From Candidatus Hydrogenedentota bacterium (GTDB taxonomy: Bacteria; Hydrogenedentota; Hydrogenedentia; Hydrogenedentales; GCA-2746185), in contig JAYGCN010000209.1 in NCBI GenBank assembly GCA_046583315.1, positions 1 to 37,929 of the forward strand: a DNA stretch of 37,929 bases. The letters run 5' to 3'. Made by a program: the position numbers and the translations under genes. Shown here one piece after another: positions 28,504 to 37,929 of the stretch. Within the stretch, counting starts at the first letter, position 1; every line of letters begins with the position of its first letter. Below the pieces are notes generated by a model. The model had not been told where the DNA came from. It was given only the letters and a program-made list of their open reading frames with translations, and made no database searches.

Positions 28504-29994
28504 TTAAGGCGTGACCTGTTCGTAGCCAAATGCGTTAATACTCGGCAAGTCTGTCTTTCCCATCAACGCTTTGTCGATGGCATGCGCCGCTTCGCGTCCT
28601 TCATGTATCGCCCAGACCACCAACGACTGACCGCGTCGAGCATCGCCCGCCGCCCAGACTTTCGGATGGTTCGTGCGATAGGCATCATCGCCCATACGGC
28701 CGTAAGCAGCCTTCACGTTGTCACGTGGGTCCTTGTCCAGCTCAAGTTCGTCAAGGATGGTCTGCTCAGGATGGACAAAACCAAGTGCCAACAACACAAG
28801 ATCGGCTTCCACTATGAACTCACTGTCCGCGATCTCGCGCATTTCAGGACGGCCACCGCCCTCAGGCGTAACCCAATTCAAGCGAACCATCTTTACACCG
28901 GTAACCTTGCCATTCTCGCCAACGAATTCCTTGGTCAAGACGCTCCAATCACGCGAACCACCTTCTTCGTGGCTGCTCGAAGTGCGGAGAATCATGGGCC
29001 ACATTGGCCAGGGGGAATGTTCGTTAAACTTCTTCGGAGGTTTGGGGAGCAATTCGATTGAAAATATCTCAGTGGCCCCTTGCCGAATGCTTGTGCCGTG
29101 GCAATCCGACCCGGTGTCCCCACCGCCGAGAATAACGACCTTCTTGTCCGTAGCCAGTATCTGGTTTGACACCGTTTTTCCGGCATTGATTTTGTTCTGT
29201 TGAGGAAGGAACTCCATGGCCATATGAATGCCGTCCAAATCGCGTCCCGGTATCGGTAGATCTCGACCGTGGGTTGATCCTATCGTGAGAAGCAGCGCGT
29301 CAAAATCTTCAACCAGATCAGTGGCCATGACATCCTTGCCAATTTCGATATTGCATCGGAATTCAACGCCTTCCGCTTCCATCTGTTTCTGGCGCGCACG
29401 AATGCGATCCTTCTCCAGTTTGAAATCGGGAATTCCGTACATCAGCAGTCCGCCAGGCTCATCGTCGCGCTCATACAAGACGACCGCGTGTCCGGCCCGC
29501 GCGAGCTGTTGCGCGGCTGCCATACCCGCAGGACCGGCACCCACTACGGCAATCTTCTTGCCCGTTTTATATTCAGACGGCTCTGGGTGAATCAAATCAT
29601 CGTCCCAACCGTGGTCGCCGATGGCGCGTTCGATTTGTTTGATGGTGACCGCTGGTTCATTGATCTTCAGCACGCAAGCCGATTCGCACGGCGCAGGACA
29701 TACCCGGCCTGTGAATTCAGGAAAGTTATTCGTCGAATGCAGGACATCAAGTGCTTCTTCCCAATCGTCGTCTTTAACCATATCGTTGAAGTCGGGAATG
29801 ATATTGCCCAGCGGACAGCCCTGGTGGCAAAAGGGTACACCACAATTCATGCAGCGATAGCCCTGTTCACGCAGTTCATCGTCGGACAACTCCATTTGAA
29901 ATTCATGGTAATGCTGAATGCGATCTTCGATTGCTTCGCGTCCCGCAGTTTTGCGGTTATAGATCATGAATCCCTTCTCTTTATTCGGGAACAT
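28504..29994 (-). CDS. gltD: Glutamate synthase small subunit
   Basis: RCMNCGVPFCHQGCP, NNFPEFTGRVCPAPCE, GAGPAG, GGGDTGSDC, GDARRGQSLVVWAI. Confidence 0.97.
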   Translation of the reverse strand: MFPNKEKGFMIYNRKTAGREAIEDRIQHYHEFQMELSDDELREQGYRCMNCGVPFCHQGCPLGNIIPDFNDMVKDDDWEEALDVLHSTNNFPEFTGRVCPAPCESACVLKINEPAVTIKQIERAIGDHGWDDDLIHPEPSEYKTGKKIAVVGAGPAGMAAAQQLARAGHAVVLYERDDEPGGLLMYGIPDFKLEKDRIRARQKQMEAEGVEFRCNIEIGKDVMATDLVEDFDALLLTIGSTHGRDLPIPGRDLDGIHMAMEFLPQQNKINAGKTVSNQILATDKKVVILGGGDTGSDCHGTSIRQGATEIFSIELLPKPPKKFNEHSPWPMWPMILRTSSSHEEGGSRDWSVLTKEFVGENGKVTGVKMVRLNWVTPEGGGRPEMREIADSEFIVEADLVLLALGFVHPEQTILDELELDKDPRDNVKAAYGRMGDDAYRTNHPKVWAAGDARRGQSLVVWAIHEGREAAHAIDKALMGKTDLPSINAFGYEQVTP

Positions 29995-32900
29995 GGGACA
30001 TCTCCTCTTCCTCACGCGCGTTCAGTTCGCGTAATACACGAGCGTAGTCGCGCGGCATAACTCGCTTAAACTTCGGCAACGACTCCTCCCAGTTATCGAG
30101 AATACTCTGGGCGAGCGTGCTTCCTGTATATTTGAGGTGTTTCTTGAGCATCATTTTCAGTTCGGGTTTGCTTTCGTAATGCAACGGCTTGATATCGACG
30201 AGCCCCATGTTGCATCGTCCGGCAAAAGTCTCGTCCGCGTCCCAGACGAACGCGATTCCGCCGCTCATACCGGCTGCGAAATTTCGACCCGTCGAGCCAA
30301 GGATCACCGCGCGTCCGCCGGTCATGTATTCACAACCGTGATCGCCAATGCCTTCAACGACGGCCCACGCGCCACTGTTACGAACGCAAAAACGTTCGCC
30401 GGCCAGCCCGCGGAAATACGCCGAGCCTGAGGTCGCACCGTACAAGACCACGTTTCCGATCACGGTATTTTCTTCTGGTGTAATGGGGCAGTCTGGTGGC
30501 GGCGTCACGATAATTTTTCCGCCGGAGAGTCCTTTACCAACGTAATCATTTGCCTCGCCAGTAACATTCAGTGTTACACCCTGAATCACGAACGCGCCGA
30601 AACTCTGACCAGCGGCACCTTTGCAATCGATCCAGATAGTGTCTTCTTCCAAATTACCATTTATAGCGCCGAGCCCATGATGTCTCGTCAATTCACTGGA
30701 GAGAATGGTGCCCACAGTCCGATTGATATTCACCAGATCCGTCTTGAAGTGCACGGGAGCCCTGTTTTCAATTGTTCGACTCGCCTTTGCAAGCAGCGTA
30801 TGGTCCAGTGCACCCTCAATACCGTGATCCTGGATTTCACTGCAATACAGTGTAGACTCCTCGCGAAGCGGCGTAGGTTGATACAACAACGCGGAAAGGT
30901 CCAGCGTACGAGCCTTCCAATTGTCGGGCAGCGGGTCAAACTCAAGCAGGTCACGGCGTCCGATCATTTCATTGACCGTTTTAATGCCGAGCTCCGCCAT
31001 AATCTGTCGAATTTCCTCCGCAACGAAAAAGAAGAAGTTCACGATGTGTTCCGGCTTACCCTCAAATTTTTTGCGTAAGGCCTCGTCCTGTGTAGCGATG
31101 CCCACCGGGCAGGTGTTCAGGTGACACTTGCGCATCATGATGCATCCAGAAACGATGAGTGGAAGAGTGGCATAACCAACCTCATCCGCACCGAGCAGAA
31201 ACGCGATCGCTGCATCGCGACCTGTTTTCATTTGCCCGTCGGTCTGTACGCGAATGCGACTGCGTAAATCGTTTTCAACGAGAACCTGATGTGTCTCGGC
31301 GAGACCAAGTTCCCACGGCAATCCGGCATGTTTTATGGAGCTCATTGGAGAGGCTCCTGTACCGCCGGAATCGCCACTAATCAGCACGAGGTCGGCTTTA
31401 CCCTTCGATACACCCGCCGCAATCGTGCCCACACCGACTGCGGATACCAGTTTTACCGAGACCGAACCGTGTATGTTCGCATTCTTCAGATCGTGTATCA
31501 GCTGCGCCAAATCTTCGATGGAATAAATATCGTGATGCGGCGGTGGTGAAATCAGTTCCACACCCGGCGTCGCAAAGCGCACCTTGGCAATTTGACCAAA
31601 AACTTTCTGCCCTGGCAACTGACCGCCTTCGCCCGGTTTCGCGCCTTGCGCCATTTTAATTTGAATTTCGTCAGAGTTCACGAGGTACTCATTCGTCACA
31701 CCGAATCGTCCCGAAGCCACCTGCTTGATTGAACTCCGGCGCGAGTCACCGTTGTCGTCCGGGGTGAATCGATAAGGGTCTTCTCCCCCTTCACCCGTGT
31801 TGCTGCGACCGCCCAGGCGATTCATTGCAATCGCCAGCGTCTCATGTGACTCTTTGCTGATGGAACCAAAGGACATAGCGCCGGTGCAAAATCGTTTTAC
31901 AATTTCAACTGCAGGCTCTACTTCGTCAATCGAAATCGGCGTGCATTCCTTGAACTTGAGCAGTCCACGCAAGGTCGAGATTCCACGATTCCGATCATTG
32001 ACATAATTCTTGTACGCTTCGTAGGTTTCCCAACTGTTTTGCTTGGTCGCATGTTGAATTTTCTCAACCACAAAGGGATCGATCTGGTGTCGTTCACCCC
32101 GTAGGCGCCATCGATACACGCCGCCCGGATCAAGCCTTCGAGGACGCGCCTGACGCTCCGGATACGCGATGTGATGACGCATCAACGCCTCACGCGCGAC
32201 TTCATTAATTCCGATGCCCTCAACGCGGCTGGGCGTATTGGCAAAACACATCTCAACAAGTTCAGTACTCAGCCCGACCGCTTCAAAAATCTGTGCGGCA
32301 CGGTAGCTGTGTTGCGTCGAAATACCGATCTTCGACATTGTTTTGAACAAGCCCTTTTCAAGACACTTGATGTAATTCTTGTGCGCGCGCCCTGGTTCCT
32401 TCTCAACGACAACCTCTTTACGTCTGAGTTCATCAATGACTTCGAAGGCCAAATAGGGATTCACCGCACCCGCGCCATAGCCGGTCAACAGACACATGTG
32501 CATGACTTCGCGCGCTTCACCCGTTTCGCATACAATGCCTACACTGCTACGCTTCTGCGCCCGGACCAAATGGTGATGCACACCACCCGTCGCCAGCAAA
32601 ATCGGCATGGGCGCATCGCTCTCGCAAACGCCTCTATCGGAGAGAATGAGTATCGTGCAACCGTCATCGATCGCCTGCTCCGCCTCAAGGCAGATTCGAT
32701 TGAGTGCCGTATTCAGGGCAAGGATACCTTCATGTGCAGGAAACAGTGTCGAAATCGTACGGGCTTTGAGTCCCGGTTTATCGATATCGCGAATATATTG
32801 CAGTTGGGCATCTGTAATGATCGGTGATTTCAGGTGCAACTGTTGGCAATGCTCAGGGGTCTCCGCCAGGAGATTGCGTTCACGACCAATGTCCGTCTCC

Positions 32901-34528
32901 AGCGACATCACGATTTCTTCGCGAATCGGATCAATTGGCGGATTCGTGACTTGCGCGAAAAGCTGCTTAAAATAGTTGAACAACAACTGAGGACGATCTG
33001 ACAGCACCGCCAACGGCGCATCATTCCCCATCGATCCCGTCGGTTCTTTGCCAATATTGGAGTTGGCCATCGGGCCTATCAGCAACTCAAGGTCTTCCTT
33101 CGTATACCCGAAAATCATCTCGCGCTCGAGCAGGGAAACTTTTTCGACCCGAGGTTCGGACTTTACTTTCGGTTTCGTCGGGAGTTCGGTTCGATGAATA
33201 TTGAGCCACGAACCGTAGGGCTGTCGAGACGCAAACTCATCCTTAATTTCTTCGTTCGTAATCACCCGTTTCTGCTCCGTATCGATAAGGAACGTGCGGC
33301 CCGGTTCCAATCGGCCTTTCTTGATGATCGAACTCTGTGGAATGTCGTCCAGCACACCCACTTCAGAAGCGACAACCACAAAATTATCGTCTGTAATCCA
33401 GTATCGCGAGGGACGCAAACCGTTTCTGTCCAGCACGGCACCTACGCGTATACCGTCGGAAAACGCCACCGCTGCGGGCCCATCCCAAGGTTCCATCATC
33501 GATGCATGGTACTCGTAAAAGGCCCGGATATCAGCCCGCATGCTCTCATGCCCTGACCACGGCTCCGGAATCAACATGCCCATCGCGTGCGACATGTCCC
33601 GTCCACTGCGGGTGAGCAGTTCAAAGGCTTCGTCAAAGTTGGCGCTGTCACTGGCCCCCGGCGTGAGAATGGGAAGCAGCTTCTTGATGTCGTCCCCATA
33701 TAATTCATTCGCCAAATGAGGTTCCCGCGAGCGCATCATGTTGATGTTCCCGCGAAGGGTGTTGAATTCGCCATTGTGGCAAACGAAGCGGAAAGGATGT
33801 GCGAGGCGCCATTTCGGAAGCGTATTCGTGCTGTAGCGTTGGTGGCACAGGGCTATCGCCGTGCGGAATCGTTCATCCGACAGGTCCAGGTAATAATCGG
33901 CAATCTGATAGGCCAGCATCAGCCCCTTGTAGACAATGGTGCGTGCGGAAAGACTGCAAACGTAGAAATCATCTGATTCTTTCAAGCCGCTCGATGCCAG
34001 TTCGTGCTCAATCTGCTTGCGGATAAGAAACAGAACACGCTCAAAGGCATCTGTATCCAGCTCAGTGGCAGCTCTAATGAATACCTGCTCAATAACCGGT
34101 TCGCCTTCACGCGCCAACCAACCCAATGCATCCGGATTTACCGGTACCTTGCGCCATCCAAGTATCTCTTGACCCTCGGCTTCGATATACTTCTCGATCG
34201 ATTTCTTACAGGTCGCGCGTTCGTCATCATCGGTAGGGAAGAAGATCATGCCCACCGCGTAGGCGCCTGCTTCAGGCAGCTCAAATCCCAGCTCAGGGCA
34301 AATCTCCCGGAATAGCAAATCGGGCGTCTGGAAGAGCAATCCCGCACCGTCACCCGTCTCCGGGTCACAACCACAGGCACCACGGTGTACCAGGCGTTCG
34401 AGCACCTTGATACCACGACGGACTATCTTGTGCTCTTTACGTCCATCGATATTCGCAACAAAGCCGAAACCGCAGGCATCATGCTCAAAAAACGGGTCGT
34501 ACAATCCTTTAGGTGAGGCAGATCTCAT
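29981..34528 (-). CDS. gltB: Glutamate synthase large subunit
   Basis: HDACGFG (N-terminal nucleophile Cys), HQRYSTNT, EPWDGPA, QVASGRFGV, QGAKPGEGGQLPG, CIMMRKCHLNTCP, GCEYMTGG. Confidence 0.98.
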   Translation of the reverse strand: MRSASPKGLYDPFFEHDACGFGFVANIDGRKEHKIVRRGIKVLERLVHRGACGCDPETGDGAGLLFQTPDLLFREICPELGFELPEAGAYAVGMIFFPTDDDERATCKKSIEKYIEAEGQEILGWRKVPVNPDALGWLAREGEPVIEQVFIRAATELDTDAFERVLFLIRKQIEHELASSGLKESDDFYVCSLSARTIVYKGLMLAYQIADYYLDLSDERFRTAIALCHQRYSTNTLPKWRLAHPFRFVCHNGEFNTLRGNINMMRSREPHLANELYGDDIKKLLPILTPGASDSANFDEAFELLTRSGRDMSHAMGMLIPEPWSGHESMRADIRAFYEYHASMMEPWDGPAAVAFSDGIRVGAVLDRNGLRPSRYWITDDNFVVVASEVGVLDDIPQSSIIKKGRLEPGRTFLIDTEQKRVITNEEIKDEFASRQPYGSWLNIHRTELPTKPKVKSEPRVEKVSLLEREMIFGYTKEDLELLIGPMANSNIGKEPTGSMGNDAPLAVLSDRPQLLFNYFKQLFAQVTNPPIDPIREEIVMSLETDIGRERNLLAETPEHCQQLHLKSPIITDAQLQYIRDIDKPGLKARTISTLFPAHEGILALNTALNRICLEAEQAIDDGCTILILSDRGVCESDAPMPILLATGGVHHHLVRAQKRSSVGIVCETGEAREVMHMCLLTGYGAGAVNPYLAFEVIDELRRKEVVVEKEPGRAHKNYIKCLEKGLFKTMSKIGISTQHSYRAAQIFEAVGLSTELVEMCFANTPSRVEGIGINEVAREALMRHHIAYPERQARPRRLDPGGVYRWRLRGERHQIDPFVVEKIQHATKQNSWETYEAYKNYVNDRNRGISTLRGLLKFKECTPISIDEVEPAVEIVKRFCTGAMSFGSISKESHETLAIAMNRLGGRSNTGEGGEDPYRFTPDDNGDSRRSSIKQVASGRFGVTNEYLVNSDEIQIKMAQGAKPGEGGQLPGQKVFGQIAKVRFATPGVELISPPPHHDIYSIEDLAQLIHDLKNANIHGSVSVKLVSAVGVGTIAAGVSKGKADLVLISGDSGGTGASPMSSIKHAGLPWELGLAETHQVLVENDLRSRIRVQTDGQMKTGRDAAIAFLLGADEVGYATLPLIVSGCIMMRKCHLNTCPVGIATQDEALRKKFEGKPEHIVNFFFFVAEEIRQIMAELGIKTVNEMIGRRDLLEFDPLPDNWKARTLDLSALLYQPTPLREESTLYCSEIQDHGIEGALDHTLLAKASRTIENRAPVHFKTDLVNINRTVGTILSSELTRHHGLGAINGNLEEDTIWIDCKGAAGQSFGAFVIQGVTLNVTGEANDYVGKGLSGGKIIVTPPPDCPITPEENTVIGNVVLYGATSGSAYFRGLAGERFCVRNSGAWAVVEGIGDHGCEYMTGGRAVILGSTGRNFAAGMSGGIAFVWDADETFAGRCNMGLVDIKPLHYESKPELKMMLKKHLKYTGSTLAQSILDNWEESLPKFKRVMPRDYARVLRELNAREEEEMSHVPE

Positions 34529-34636
34529 GTGTCCCTTTCGTAAAGAAAAAGTGCTTATCCACGGGGGCGTCTCTCGGAGACTCGAAGCTGAATGACGGGC
34601 GTCATGCTCCCCGGTAATCCTTGTTTATCGAGCATT

Positions 34637-36771
<2,135 letters not shown>

Positions 36772-36812
36772 GCATAAAGAACGGAGTAGTATAACTACAC
36801 GGAGGCCGTACC

Positions 36813-37337
36813 ATGAGCGAAACCGACCTTGCACAACTATTCAAGACAGATTGCATATACCATTTCGAAAATGAATTCATGCCTCGCATCCTGCAATGAC
36901 TTGATGAACTCACAGACGAGGAAATCTGGCATAGGCCCAACAAGGAAACTGTCAGCGTCGGTAATCTGGTGCTGCACCTTTGCGGCAACGTCACCCAGTG
37001 GATCATCGCAACCTTCAGCGATCTTCCTGACAAACGTGAGCGACAGAAAGAATTCGACACACCAGGCCCACTCTCGAAAGCCGACCTAATCCAGCAACTT
37101 ACCCAAACGATTCAACGCGCCTGCGAAGTCATCCGAGGAATCGACGCCGACACACTGACACGGGTTCACGCTGTACAATCATCTCAGGAAACCGGAATGT
37201 TCATCATCGTGCATGTGGTTGAACACTTCTCTTACCATACCGGCCAGATCACCCTGCACACCAAGCTCAAAAAGAACATCGACCTCCAATATTACAAGGA
37301 CTACGATCTCGACCAAACGACGGACGAATCCCACTAA
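36813..37337 (+). CDS. DinB/YfiT-like metalloprotein with in-frame TGA at codon 29 (recoded or pseudogene)
   Basis: ATG 36813 with GGAGG; MSETDLAQLFKTDCIYHFENEFMPRILQ*LDELTDEEIWHRPNKETVSVGNLVLHLCGN...HVVEHFSYHTGQI in one frame; DinB His motifs. Confidence 0.8.
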
Positions 37338-37353
37338 GCACGCGCCATGACAC

Positions 37354-37383
37354 TTGATTCCCTAAAAATCCCTATGCTATAGT
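37354..37383 (+). promoter_or_regulatory. Putative tRNA promoter
   Basis: TTGATT-18 nt-TATAGT with extended -10 TG. Confidence 0.6.
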
Positions 37384-37423
37384 ACCCGTCCATTCCGAGA
37401 GGCCCAGCTTCTCACCCATGAGT

Positions 37424-37500
37424 GGGGGCGTAGTTCAGTTGGTTAGAACGCCTGCCTGTCACGCAGGAGGTCGCCGGTTCGAGTCCGGTCGTCCCCGCCA
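37424..37500 (+). tRNA. tRNA-Asp(GTC)
   Basis: Acceptor stem GGGGGCG/CGTCCCC, D arm GTTC-AGTTGGTTA-GAAC, anticodon arm CCTGC-CTGTCAC-GCAGG, T loop TTCGAGT, discriminator G and encoded CCA. Confidence 0.98.
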
Positions 37501-37612
37501 TTTTTAAGTACTGCTGAATACGTTACTTAGCGTGTACCCACCTTCTGGTGGCGCAGCCTTAACACGGCAAGTTAAACGGGTATGATACCCGCTTGCCATG
37601 AAAGGACGCGTC

Positions 37613-37929
37613 ATGAGCAAGAAAAGAACACGTACCACACCCCCCTCCTACCGCCGTCACAAAGGTTCCGGTAACGCCTTTGTAGAACTCGGTGGCAAAC
37701 GCATTTACCTTGGACGATACGACACCCCTGAGTCGCGTGAGCGATACTATCGCGAGCTTGCGCAGTGGGAAGCCAACGGCCACAAACTCATTCCACCACG
37801 CGATGAGATTACCATCGTTGAAATCGTCTCCCTGTACTTGGCGCACGCCGAAATACACTACCAAAAACCGACCGGTATGCCGGGCGTCGAGTTCGGCAAC
37901 ATCATCCGCGGCTGTAGACTCTTAAAGAA
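37613..37929 (+). mobile_element. Probable tyrosine integrase, N-terminal part (runs off window end)
   Basis: Not in the ORF track; ATG 37613 with AAAGGA: MSKKRTRTTPPSYRRHKGSGNAFVELGGKRIYLGRYDTPESRERYYRELAQWEANG...ITIVEIVSLYLAHAEIHY, resembling integrase arm-binding N-termini, 112 bp after a tRNA. The catalytic domain is not visible. Confidence 0.75.

Noticed and set aside
30137..34315. Many plus-strand ORFs within gltB (likewise within purL, the M32 gene and the kinase)
   Set aside because: Shadow ORFs opposite well-supported genes
36829..37089. 86-aa ORF suggesting a frameshifted DinB N-terminus
   Set aside because: The real N-terminus is in the same frame as the DinB body, interrupted by TGA rather than by a frameshift
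37559..37925. ORF-track calls 37559-37864 (-) and 37692-37925 (+)
   Set aside because: Alternative frames overlapping the integrase-like ORF, which has the RBS and a recognisable sequence

Overview
Bacterial chromosomal region of moderate GC, standard genetic code, mostly housekeeping genes: HDOD protein (partial), hisH, hisB, metallophosphoesterase, YhhN, PduO-type adenosyltransferase, xth, Nif3/YqfO, tsaE, a membrane-anchored repeat-containing Ser/Thr kinase, a RodZ-like gene, an RcnA/NicO-type Ni/Co transporter, mpl, purM-purL(with fused PurS-like modules)-purQ with a divergent LysR, ltaE, an SDR, gltB-gltD, ligA, a DinB-family gene and tRNA-Asp(GTC), followed by the start of a probable integrase, so a genomic island likely begins at the right edge. 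The main points of interest are these. (1) A glycan-modification operon (WbqC, DegT, WecA, M32 peptidase, GT2, methyltransferase, GT-C) carries five separate lesions, including one base change that removes both a stop codon and the next gene's start codon. (2) The DinB gene has an in-frame TGA at a position where I expect Cys. (3) There is a candidate three-way-junction RNA in the gltB leader. (4) A LysR with a perfect operator faces the purine operon. (5) A sigma54/IHF/enhancer-like promoter architecture precedes the RodZ-like gene, back-to-back with the unusual kinase. (6) A free-standing PilC/GspF N-terminal-like mini-protein is present. I found no CRISPR array, rRNA or clear defence system, and I cannot establish a complete novel multi-gene system from sequence alone. 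All product calls come from motif recognition by eye, not from database searches.
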